From the human T2T-CHM13v2.0 reference genome, Homo sapiens, in assembly GCF_009914755.1 (NCBI RefSeq), contig NC_060928.1: a DNA stretch of 64,000 nucleotides; one strand, 5' to 3'. The notes under the pieces are model-generated. The model was not told the origin of the DNA and did not search any database. It was given only the letters and a program-made list of their open reading frames with translations. The stretch's first letter is position 1. Each line of letters starts with the position of its first letter. The translations under genes were made by a program, and so were the position numbers. Shown in pieces: positions 10,922 through 25,252 of the stretch.

Positions 10922-13650
10922 TCAACAAGTGAATGTAAATAGTGTATAAGTAATTTGACTACACATATATGTAGTTTAATACATGCAGCAGCAGTTTAAT
11001 TTGCATTAAGATTGCCCTTGCATGTGTTTTAAATTCAGAATAATTTTGTATATTCTTTCAGAATGATTGATTATATCAAAACTGTTCTGGTAGAAGCTGA
11101 AAACAAACACCTATCCCCCCCATTTCCAACAAAATATGGATGCAGAAGTTAAAAAATGTCGGAAACTATTTCAATATGGAAACTGAAATGCATAATGTTA
11201 AAAAATTATGAAAATAATGGAAAGAATCACAATTGCAAAAAAGTACAACTAATATAAATGACAACAGAGTTGATAAAGGAAGTTGTGAGAATGAGGACAC
11301 AGCAAAATGTGGGTGGGTTGTTGGGGGAAGATTGCAGGCAGGAAGAAACAAAGGGAGATGAGAATAACAGAAAAGCAATGCACAATTTTTGTGGTCAAAA
11401 CAGGGCATTAAGAACAGTGGTTTTGTTTAGATAAATTTGTTGACTTTGATAAGTCCTATCATCTTCAATAAACATTAAAATGAGCTATAATTATAATCAC
11501 TGTTTAATAAATAACAGATTGTTTACTTATGATCATTGACCTAGGAATATTTATAGATTATCAAATAGAATATATAATGGAAAAAGAGATGATTATTAAA
11601 CAGATGTTTGAAAAAATATGAAAATATTTCACTCTTACAACATCCTTACTATTCTATACCAATTCTAAAGCTTGCTTATATTTGTGCTTATCAACTGTTT
11701 ACAACTGTTTAAAAACAAGACAGACCGTATTTAAGTTAGATCAATCTTCAGACCGAATGAATACGTTAAGAGCTCTTAAAAGTCATGAAGACAGGATCAA
11801 AGCAAGCGTAATTACTTTAATTTTGAAAAACAAATGAAAATTCACCAGACCAGTATCTTAAACAGACAAGACAGAACATTCAGTTCTATTTCAAAGTACT
11901 AAAAGGAGTAGTTGTGGTTAAGTTTTTAAGTGAATGAGGTTTACTTTTCAGAGGTCTTGATGAAAAGAGATTTGTCAAATAATAGAAATGGTATAATAAT
12001 GGTTGAATTTCATCCATATTTTGCACAAGTACTTTAAAAAATTTCAGATAAAAATGTGATTTATCCAAAAGAGTTTATGCAAAATTAAACAAAATAATTG
12101 GAAAGCATGGACAAAATGAAGCTATAAATCTAACAAATCAGACACTACACACTGCTCATTATTACAATGTTTACTTTGGATATAACTACCACAGACTAAT
12201 TAGTTGAGCCTTATTGTGTGCTACTGTTATCATGCAAAACCCTCTGAACAATTCTTACATTTCTTGCCAACTAAAAATTATTTATTAGTGATTGTTTCAA
12301 CAAGTAAAATCTGGCATGATTGCAAAGTGTCTTGTGACAACATTTGTGGTCAGTCATATGACTGAATGGGGTGAACAAAGAGCTATCCACCTATAAAAAA
12401 GGAGACAACATATGTAATAGGCTGCTTATTCTCTTATTCTAATCAGATTTTTAAAAGACTGCATCCACAGTACCTGAGGTTATTGACAATTTTTGGCATT
12501 TTACAAAAGTAATAGCTTTTCCATTTCAAATATTGTATATTCATGCCAACTTCTTTAAAGATAATAGGTGTAATGGGATGATCTGTAAATTGTAAAACTG
12601 TGCAAGTCCTGTAACATTGCTACAACAAAATTTTGAAGACTCTAAAGGATATTTCAACACATGGAAGAGAAGCCTATACATAAATGGAATGCAAACAATT
12701 TATTCAAAAAGTTGATACAATTCAAATACATCATTTTAGACTATGAGTTACACATATGTTTTAGAACCTTTTGAAAACATATCTGACATTATAAGCTTAT
12801 GTTTATATTACAAGCTTCTTATTTTTATGTATATAAAAGTTATCTTCTTTTATTCAAAAGAATTTCAAGAAAACTAAGTAAAAAATGGTTGATAGTTGAA
12901 TCTAAAACAAAGTGATAAAATCAAAGGATGGAATAGTGAGAAATTATTGTGACTTCTAAAAAAATTTTCAGTAAAATGTCATATAATACCAAAGACAACA
13001 GTTTAATAAAAGGAAGGAGAAACTCTGAAGAGCTAAAATGAATAGGCTCTTTTATTATTTGTTTATGCATTTAAACATAGAAAGTGAATATACATATTAG
13101 AAAAAAATTTATAATTATTATAAAATTATTGGTAATCTGATGGCATTAGTCACTGCATTAAAAAACTGGAAATTCCCAGAAATATTATACTTCATATATT
13201 TTTAAAAAATCTATGATTTTGTTTCAAAATGTGACTACAATCTGAAATTTTTAAATAAAAATACCAACTAGAAGTTGTAAAGTGAAAATAAATTATTCTA
13301 AATTATTAATAATAAAAAATTCAATCAACGATGCCTTTCCTGTTAAAGCAAATTATTACATACAATTACTGATCTGTAAAGAGACAATCAAGAAGACTGT
13401 GGTGAAAAATTTAGGATAAAAAAGTATTACTGACAGATAGGCAGTTAATTAATAAAATCAATAGGTTATTTTCTGCTTTTTGTAATATTTGTTTTATTCA
13501 TCAATTTTTATAAAGTGTGATTTGCAGAGATTTATTTTCTCTAGATAAATATTCTCATGTAAACCTGACCTTAATTTTGTACTCATTTATATTAAAGAGA
13601 CCCCACTTTAAACAGAATAAGCTTTGGGCTCTATCATACCTTCACCTGGT
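10900..13650 (+). mobile_element. hAT-Tip100 DNA transposon fossil (Zaphod-like) with decayed transposase
   Basis: Hand-translated, ordered motifs: PSEQFLHFLP (12240-12269), CGQSYD (12345-12362), AAYSLILI resembling CAAHSLNL (12421-12444), FGILQK (~12492) and the dimerisation motif IPTRSCKVKINYSKLLIIKN (13261-13320). The 3' terminal region resembles Zaphod/MER115. Confidence 0.72.
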
Positions 13651-14302
13651 TGTGAATGTTCACAGGTAAAGTGTTAAATGTATACAAGGAAAGTATTTAC
13701 TAAAATTGCAGCTTACAATATTTGCTTGCCCCAATCATAAAGTAATGATTATAGAGACAGCATGAACAGTAACTGTTGATTATGGGACAGAAGTCACTGT
13801 GGAATTATGATATCTGAGAGAACAAAGACAAATGAGGTGAACCACAGATAACTCCTTGATTCTCTGCTTAGAAGCACTTTCTGGACAATGGGGCAGGGAA
13901 GTGAATCACAAACAGAGTATAGCAGTCTCACTGAGCTCAGGAGGCAATGATTAAAGACTGAGGTTGCAGTTGTGGCTGTAGTTTGCAAGGCAGGGAATCA
14001 TAAAAGAGCACCAAATATTCAAGCCATGCATTCATAGGGCGATACTTTTAGAGGCCTGGCACAGAGCAACAGAGAATTGGGAAACTGTGAACCAAATACT
14101 GAATTTGATTAAAAGCAAGAAATGATTATTCAGTGCATTAAAGAGGTGCATTTTAGTAAAATTTTACTGACAGTTTAAAAGTAACAGAATTTCAAAAAGT
14201 ATAAAAAAAACTAACTCTAAGAAAGCTGGAGTGACCATATAAATAATATTAAAGTAAACTTTAAGACAACTATGTAGCTTATACCTGTAATGCCAGCATT
14301 TT

Positions 14303-15353
<1,051 letters not shown>

Positions 15354-15380
15354 CATTTGGAGGCTGAGGCAGGAGGATTA

Positions 15381-15503
<123 letters not shown>

Positions 15504-16885
15504 CCAGAGACAAAAAGGGACATTATCATATGATGAAAGGATCAATGCGTCAAAAAGACTCCACAATCTTAAATACAGATGGAATTAATAATTGGGCTTC
15601 AAAATTATGACACAAAAAGAAAAATAGAATTACAGAGAATAATAGACAAATCCAGGATAATTATTGGAGACTTTAACACTCCTAGTATTTAAAATAAAAA
15701 TATAGCAAAAAAATCAGTAAGGATATAGAAGGTCTGAATGTTAATGCTATCGACTTAATTGATATGTATAAAACAATCCATCCTACAACTGTAGAATTCA
15801 TATTACTTTTTAAGTGTACATGGAACACTCAGCATTATGGACCATATGCTGAGTCACAAAATGCCGCAATACATTTAAAAATTGTAATCTTAGCATATAC
15901 TCTATGACAACAACTGAATTGAGTTTAATATCAATAACATAAAGATACCTAGAAAATTTCAAAATATTTAGAAATTTAAAAATATACTTCTAAATATCAA
16001 TGGGTCAAAAATAATATCACAAGTGAAATTAATAATACTTTGGACTAAATAATAATTTACACATATCAAAATCTGTGAGATGCAAATAAAAAAGTGATTA
16101 AAAGAAAATTTATATTATCAAATGTTGTATCATAAACAAAGATTTAAAATCAATGATATAAGCTTCCACCTTAAGAAGCTAGAGAAAGAAGAGCAAATTA
16201 AAATCAAAGTAGGTAAAATTAAAAAAAGTAGAGATCAATGAACTAAAAACAAAAATAGAGTAAATCAATGAAATATGAAATAGTGCTTTTGAAAACATAA
16301 ATAAACTTGATAAACTGCTGACTAGAGTGATTAAGAAATAAAAGGGAATACACAAAAGATAAACATCAGAAATGAAAAAGGGAACACCACTAGTGATTTT
16401 AGTCATAAAATATTTAAGATTATTATGTGAAATTTATGCTAATAAATTTGACAATTTAGATGAAATGAACAAATGGAAAATTGACACAAGTAAAAATAAA
16501 AAGTTGAAATAACTTCATATTTATAATATGATTGTATAATTATTAAAAACTTTCTCAAAAGAAATCTTTAGGCCGAAATAGATTCCCTGGTGGATTCTAC
16601 TAAATATTAAAAAAAAAAGACAAAAAGAACCTCAACCCATACCTCACACTATACACAAAATATAATTCAAAATAAATCATAGGCCTAAGCATTAAAGTTA
16701 TAATTATAAAACATCAAGAAATAAAGTGAAAAATACATCTTTCTGGCTTTTGGATAGGCAAAATTTTTAAGAATCAAAAATCATAAATGACAAATAAATT
16801 AATTTTATGAAAAGTAAAAATATTACAATGAAATAATATGTAAATGTGAAATGATATAGAATCAATTATAAAACCATAAAGCAGA

Positions 16886-17262
16886 TACATTAGTCTGTTC
16901 TCACACTGCTATAAAGATCTCCCTGAGACTGGGTAATTTATGAAGAAAAGAGGTTTAATTGACTCACAGTTCTGCAGGCTTAACTGGAAGCATGACTGAG
17001 AGGCCTCAGGAAATTTACAATCATGACAGAAGGGGAAGGGGAAGCAAGCACCTTCTTCACATAGCAACACGGCAGAGAGGGTGTGAAGGGGGAGGTGCTA
17101 CATGTTTTCAAAAATCCAGATTTCCTGAGAACTCTATCACAAGAACAGTAAGGGGACATCCATCCCCATAATTCAATAATTTCTCACCAGGCCCCTCCTT
17201 CAACACTGGGAATTACAATTCAACATGAGATCTGGGTGGGGACACAGAGCCAAACCATATCA
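16886..17262 (-). mobile_element. MaLR solo LTR (MSTA-like)
   Basis: t(ac)attagtc...aaaccatatca, with 5-bp TSD gcaga/acaga. Confidence 0.85.
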
Positions 17263-17402
17263 ACAGACACGAAAAGTATAAATCATATCATTCTATTTAT
17301 ATGAAATTTCATAACAACTAAATCTGGTATAAGAAATCAGAATAGTAGTAGTTTCTGCAGGTGGAGTAGAGAGTGACTGGGAATAGCATTAAGTTATCCC
17401 TA

Positions 17403-17765
17403 CAATATAGTTTGGATATGTGTCTCCCCCCAGATCTTATGTTGAATTGTAATCCCTAGTATTGCAGGTGAGGCCTCATGGGAAGTGATTGGATCATGGG
17501 GGTGGATTTCTCATAAGTGGTTTAACACCATCCCCTTCGTGCTCTCCTCATGATAGTGAGTGAATTATTGTAAGATCTGGTTGTTTAAAAGTGTGGGCAC
17601 ATTCCTCAAACTCTCTCTTGCTCCTGCTTTTGCCATGTGATGTGTCTGGTCCCACTCCACCTTCCGCCGTGAATAAAAGCTCCCTTATACCTTCCCAGAA
17701 GCCAAGCAATGTGTTTCCATGCTTGCACAGCCTACAGAACTGTGAGCCAATTAAATCTCTTTGTA
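17403..17765 (+). mobile_element. MaLR LTR (MSTB-like), 3' end missing
   Basis: tatagtttggatatg...gtgattggatcatgggggtggatttc...aactgtgagccaattaaa. Confidence 0.8.
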
Positions 17766-17874
17766 TATATATAAAGAAGGAACTTCTTGGGTTGATGAAA
17801 ATATTTTTTATCTCAGTAAATATGTGGGGTACATGAATGCATGCAATTGTCAAATGCATTGAGATGTTAAACTT

Positions 17875-19475
17875 AATATCGTGAAAATGGCCATACTGCC
17901 CAAAGTAATTTATAGATTCAATGCTATCCCCATCAAGCTACCATTGACTTTCTTTGCAGAATTGGAAAAAACTACTTTAAAGTTCATATGGAACCAAAAA
18001 AGAGCCCGCATAGCCAAGAGAATCCTAAGCAAAATGAACAAAGCTGGAGGCATCACTCTACCTGACTTCAAACTATACTACAAGGCTACAGTAACCAAAA
18101 CAGCATGGTACTGGTGCCAAAACAGATATATAGACCAATGGAACAGAACAGAGCCCTCAGAAATAATGCCACACAACTACAACCATCTGATCTTTGACAA
18201 ACCTGATAAAAGCAAGCAATGGGGAAAGGATTCCCTATTTTAAAAAATGATGTTTGGAAAACTGGCTAGCCATATGGAGAAAGCTGAAACTGGATCCCTT
18301 CCTTACATCTTATACAAAAAATAACTCAAGATGGATTAAAGATTTAAACATAAGACCTAAAACCATGAAACCTCTAGAAGAGAACCTAGCCATTACCATT
18401 CAGGACATAGGCATGGGCAAAGACTTCATGACTAAACCACCAAAAGCAATGGCAACAAAAGCCAAAATTGAAAAATGCAACCTGATTAAGCTAAAGAGCT
18501 TCCGCATAGCAAAAGAAACTATCATCAGAGTGAACAGACAACCTACAGAATGGGAGAAAATTTTTGCAATCTATCCATCTGACAAAAGGCTAATATCCAC
18601 AATCTACAACAAACTTAAATTTTTAAGACAAAAACAAACAACCCCATCAAAAAGTAGGCAAAGGATATGAACAGACACTTCTCAAAAGAAGACATTTATG
18701 CAACCAACAAACATATGAAAAAAAAGCTTATCATCACTGGTCATTAGAGAAATGCAAATCAAAACCACAGTGAGATATCATCTCATGCCAGTTAGAATGG
18801 CGATCATTAAAAAGTCAGGAAACCACAGATGCTGGAGAGGATGTGGAGAAATAGGAATGCTTTTGCACTGTTGGTGGGAGCGTAAATTAGTTCAGCCATT
18901 GTGGAAGTCAGTGTGGTGATTCCTCAAGCATCAAAACTAGAAATACCATTGACCCAGCAATCCCATTACTGGGTATATACCCAAAGGATTATAAATCATT
19001 CAACTATAAGGACAAATCTACAAGTATGTTTATTGTGGCACTGTTCACAATAGCAAAGACTTGGAACCAACCCAAATGCCCATCAATGATAGACTGGATA
19101 AAGAAAATGTGGTACATATACACTGTGGAATACTATGCAGCAATAAAAAAGGATGAGTTCATATCCTTTGCAGGGTCATGGATGAAGCTGGAAACCATCA
19201 TTCTCTGCAAACTAACACAAGCACAGAAAACCAAACACTGCATGTTCTCACTCATAAGTGGGAGTTGATCAATGAGAACACATGCGCACAGGGAGGGCAA
19301 CATCATACACCAGGGCCTGTCTGGGGGCTAGGAGAGGGATAGCATCAGGAGAAATTCCTAATGTAGATGACGGGTTGATGGGTGCAACAAACCACCATGG
19401 CACAAGTATACCTACATAACAAACCTGCATGTTCTGCACACGTACCCTAGAACTTAAAGTATATATATCTATATA
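17875..19475 (+). mobile_element. 5'-truncated L1PA7-like element (ORF2 C-terminus and 3'UTR)
   Basis: ORF pieces [19 protein letters not shown] and ...HCMFSLISGS; the 3'UTR ends ccctagaacttaaagtata. Confidence 0.92.
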
Positions 19476-21302
19476 AAGATCTGTGAATTTCACTGCTTGT
19501 GAATTACACGTCATTAGAAAATGTTAGCCATTCTACCTACCAGTCTATATTCTTCTGATTTAATTTTTGTTTTTATTTTAATCAATATTGATTAAAGTTA
19601 AGAGTTAAAATCTCCACAGTCTCTGAGGATAAAATGGGCTAAGTGCAGTTAAATTTCATTGGCATTGCCTAAAGTTTATAATCTGAGAGTATACGTTGTT
19701 TTTGCTTTAAAGTATTCTGTTGCTTGACTTGTGGAAACATGTGCAACATGTTTATTTATTTAGTTGTCCATTAGTAAAATGCAATGTTCCATTTTGAGGA
19801 ATGATTTTTATACTGCTCTGCACTCAGTGATTATCACAATTCTAAACAAACATGCTCTGTTGGCTTAAACCCTAATTCTAATATGGTGTTACACTATAAA
19901 TGATTATATGGTGTGTAAGCCTAATACTCTTCCCATCATTTTATGGCATTCAGGCTTCATGCATTTGGGGAAGGCTTTCTGATGTCAAATGTATTTTCAG
20001 TTTTCTAAGCAGCCCATTTCTTGAAGGACTGGCAAAAGGAAGCTATTCTGACAATTTGGCTGAACTCATGGAAATTTCAGGCTGGGCCAGATGGTAAGAC
20101 TCAGCTGTTGTGTGAAGCAGGTAAAGGCAGCATTTAAAATGCTACTGGCAGTTTTCCTGAGACTTGACAACAACAGATGTTCTGGATTTCTTTTTCCTAA
20201 AATGTTCTCCAAAATCACAAATTATGTGGCATTATGTTTGTTTTGCAGACAAAGGAACCTTTTCCCACCAGAGTGATAAGTGATTGTGATTACTTTAATC
20301 TTATTGTCAGAACTTTAGCACTAAATTCAATATGATTGAGATAAGGTGCAATTTTGGTTATTTTTCACTAAGACAAGGCTGTGTAAGGAACACGGAGAAA
20401 ATGTATTATTATGATGGGTTGTCAAAAATGATAGACCCCAGCCATGCAAAAGCCATCATGCAAAGCACTGGCAAGAGATGGGCAGTTTTGGACTGTGTCC
20501 ACAAACTGCTTTGCTCAGGCTCAGAGGGGTTTTGTGTGTGCTTGTGTGTTGACATCACAGCCAAGCACTGAGATATGTCAATTTTGCAAAACTGAATTGT
20601 ATTTGTCATTTTAATCACCAAAATTACCAGCACTATTTCAGTTAGCTGGTCATTAAAGTGACTGAATTAGATTGACTGCTCTTGATCTGATTGCTCACTA
20701 GGAAATTGATCTTCAAAAAGACATTCCAGGCAACTGTGATAATAAGCCATGACAATGTGATGCTAAACAGCTGTGAATTGGGAGCTCCTCCCATGAGCCT
20801 AGTGTTTTTGCTCAGCAAAGAGTAATGGGAACGTTTAAAGACTTCGTGGAAATTAACAAAGTAAGTGTTTTTCACTTCAATGGAAACATTACTTAATGCA
20901 AGAAGCTAGCTAAATTTAAAAGAACAGAAAATGGATTGTTCACATCTTAACCTTTTCTCCTTTGTTAAACTCACTATTTTATGGAGTTTAAATAAAATTT
21001 CAAGAAAATACTTCTATGCAACTGGGTAATTTTTACTTAAAATTCTAACTTCAGGAAGGCCAAGAACAACAACAAAAACAGCGTATTAGTAAACTATAAT
21101 TCAACAGGTGCAATGTTTTAAAAGGAAGCTGTTGGAAGATGCATTTTTCCAGGTTTGGAGAATATGGTAATAATAAATCTTTTATTTCTGTTGGCTTCTC
21201 CCAAACTACCATTTCCCCCTCATGTTCTGACATACTTCTTCACTGCTAGCTTGCTGTGTGAACCTTCAGTCCATTTTAAATTACCTAAGTAATTATATGT
21301 AA

Positions 21303-21611
<309 letters not shown>

Positions 21612-22639
21612 TGTAATTTCTATCTCTGAAAGATCGGTCTGCACCATTGTCTGGAAATTTTGTTTGCTGAAGCAGTTGCTGTAGTCCTTCATCCCCTTCA
21701 CCGTGGCTGCTCTTCCTGTATATGGATATGGATGCTTTACTGCTGTGCTTGTATCCAAGCTGGCACTGGATCGTGCATATCTTATGCTGACTGAAGGTAA
21801 GAAAAAATATCCTTCATTCATTTGTTCAGTATTTTGACAAATAATTATGGGGCTTATCTATATACTATGAGTTAGCATCTTATATACAAAATTATTTAAG
21901 TCAGATAAACATTATAAATTTTTCTTCTAATTAGGAAGCAGAAGACCTTTACTGGTCACATAATTTCTTAGTTCTAGCTCAGGCCAGGGCGTCCTTTCAG
22001 ACTGTAGCTCAAAGCCAGCTGTGGTTCATTTTAGGCATATTAATACATGCTGGAAGAGCCCTGCTTCTTTCAGGACGTAAGAGGTTCTGACCAATGTCAT
22101 TCTTCTTCTAAACTTGAGTGTCAGAGCAGTTAAAAGATACAAGAGTGTCATAAGGCAAATAATGACCAAAATATAAACTTTTTTACAGAGGAAGTAAATA
22201 ATAAGACAATGGTTTATATCTGCATATAAAAGGGATATAAGCTAACTTACCTATTCATTTCAACGGCAGAGGCTATTTGTAGAATGTATAGCATGGTGAA
22301 TCCAGCAAAGTAGTGCCATTTATGGGAAGAAAAAGGGGTGAGGGACACATGCCCAGTTCATCAGATGAAGTTGACCCTTGCCCCTTGGGGATATTAGGTG
22401 AAGGCACTGGGAATGCTGCCAAGAGGGTTAGAGGAGCTTCCATGGAAGGAAAAAACCCTCCCCCTGCAATAAGATTTGCTACAATCATTTCTCCTCTACC
22501 CATCAGTAGGGGAGGAGAGCTTCCACTGAACTTACCTCTTTTTCCTTCCTAGAAACTAGTCTTTTCCTCTTCAGCTTCCATTTGGAGTCAGACATTAATT
22601 CCATAAAGTACTCTCTGGAAATGGTCTTTAAGTGTAGAC

Positions 22640-23244
22640 ATAAATGATGCAAAAAAGCTAGGACTGTGAATATCCAGGGGTAGAATTATCTGGACAGGTG
22701 AAGCAGAAAATGCAAGGATTCCTTCAAAGGAAATATAAGGTACAGAAATAAGGTCATTGTGGTTAAAAGTAAGAGAGAAATGGGCAGGACATGAGCTCAC
22801 AGAGATGCACAGAGGCCATTTCACTGGCTTTGCAAGGTGAATAATTGGATTATATTCTATTTACAATATAAAACCCATGGAAACTCATAAGCAGGAAAGT
22901 GCTAAATCTAAGTTTCAACATCCTATGTTGCAAATGAATTAGAGAGAACACTGGACACAAGAAAGACAAAGGTTGTTTTAAGAGTCTAGGTGAGCCATGA
23001 TACTGCCTTGAGCCGGAGTGGAGATGATAAGAAGTAATGAATTTGGGGTATATTTTTAAAGTAGAGCAAGTTCAACAATGTAAATTGAATACAGAGGAAT
23101 GTATGTATGAGAAAAAGAGAGGACTCAAAAGTATACCACAGTTTAAAGTTTAAATAATTGAGAAGGTAGTGCAGATAATTAATGAGGTGGGAAAAACTTA
23201 TGGAGGTATGAGGTTAAGTTTTGTTTTTAGAAAACCTAGATCTC

Positions 23245-23284
<40 letters not shown>

Positions 23285-23510
23285 AGTTTTGCTCTCAAGT
23301 TCATTTTGACGCACTGTTAAATATTCAAATGGAGATCAGGTTGCTAGTTTGATATATAGGAAATCTGGAACTGAGGGAAGAGGTTAGGACAGGAGACATA
23401 AACTGAAGAGTCATCAGTATCCTGATGGCATTTAAAGCCATATGATTGGACGAGATCCCAAAGGCAGAGGGTGTAGATATCTAAGAGAAGAGTGCATGTT
23501 AGGAGCCTGG
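22640..23510 (-). mobile_element. L2 fragment containing (CT)n at ~23240-23282
   Basis: Typical L2 text: gtggagatgataagaag... and gaagagtcatcagtat...atggcatttaaagcca. Confidence 0.7.
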
Positions 23511-24529
23511 TATTTCAATATCCAGCCACATTCCATAGAGTTGGTACAACATATTTGTCTATAAGCCTTTGTCTCATTCTCTTTTATTAGTCTAATAGCT
23601 GTATCTCTCATTGTCTCTGCTCAGTTATTGTGGGAAAATAAACTTTTATCGTAGAAAGAGATTTCTTTTGATACATTTGAACTAAGGTGTGTTAGAAACC
23701 TCGTCCCTCCCCGTTGATGAGTTGTATTTAGCTGTCTTTGCAGATAATGTATATTTAATACATTAAAAATAATTCTGTCTGAAAACCGAAGAAATTTTAA
23801 GCCCAATGAAGAGTTGCTAGTGCCATAAGGGAAAATTTTCTTTACAGTTTTCTGGAGAGATTAGCAATCATTCTTCCTGTTTATTGAATCAGGCATACAA
23901 TGAAATCATGACCATATCCTGAGGGGATTTAAAAGCAAGTTGAATCCATTATAATATTCTGGACAGGGAAAATGAATATTCATCAGCTTTAGTAAGTATT
24001 AGCTATACCTCCTACAGTTTTAGGTGAAATTTAAGCTTGAATTTAAATGGCAATTTGCGTTACCAAGAGATTTTCTTAAATTGGAACCAGAAAAGTTCTT
24101 AATACAACAGTTTAATAAGAAAACGTAGCTTTTAAAAATGTATTCATTTGGGTAATTTTCTTACCTTCTGCATTCATTTTCCTGAAAAGTTGTTTAAATA
24201 GTTACATTGACCAGAAGAAATGTGACTTTCAGCTCAAGGGTGAACTTGGTTATTTTTAAAATAGTAGGAACCATTCCTGAGATGATATGCATTAGGTTAT
24301 GTGTCACTGGCCTGGCTATCTAGATTTCTGGTTGTGGGCTGGAAAGCAGCACTAACAAAATCTACGTCTTTGGACATACCATATAACTTTTTTGGAATTC
24401 AGTGTCTCCATCTGTGTAACATAGTAGCCTATGGTCACTTTCAGTTTTTGTTCATGACATTTAATATTGCAAAATATTTTAACTTGTGAGTACTATTATT
24501 CCTAAATCTAATGCAATAAGTGAATGGAT

Positions 24530-24750
24530 CTAATATGTTTCTGGCTACTAGTGCTGAGTTATGTGCCCAACAATCTATCAGATGCTTTCCACATACTACT
24601 GCAACAAATAATTTTAAGAATTCTATCCTTAAGGTATTTTTATTCCTATATTACATATGAGATAAATGAAGCTCTAAGGGTTGAAGTAGCTTGCCCCATA
24701 TCAGACAACCAATTATTTCTAGGTCCACCCAACTGCCAAGTCTATATGTT
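24530..24750. mobile_element. MIR
   Basis: MIR core: attcctatattacatatgagataaatgaagct...agcttgccc. Confidence 0.55.
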
Positions 24751-25252
24751 CTCCCTAATAGATTTCTACTGGAGCCCTACTCACAAGAGTTGGTTTTAAC
24801 AGGTATTGTCTTGTAAGACCTATCTAGAATGTGTTTTTAGACTTTAAGACCTATAAAACTGTATTTGCAGATCCTTGATAATATCTTTAAGATTGAAAAC
24901 AAATTCTTTCTCTCAAATGTCTCTCTCATTGACTTCAGTGTTTCATCAAATTAAGTAAGAATATGGAGTCCTAGAAGGTTTAGTTAAGAATACAAAAATT
25001 GTTGTTAAGAGGTTCATATCAGTTAATTACTCCTCATACTCCACTTCTGAAAAAGCAGAACTGTAAGAATACCAAAGTACATTGTTATGACAAATGACAT
25101 TTTCATGAAGAATTTAATGAACTCCTATTTCTCGAGGAAAACTCCAAGACAATCAACATGAGCATCTTCTGATACAACTCTACCAGAGATCAACCTAGTA
25201 AGAATTAGTGACGGGAGTAGGCTGCAATCTTCATTTTAAACAATGTCCTCCC

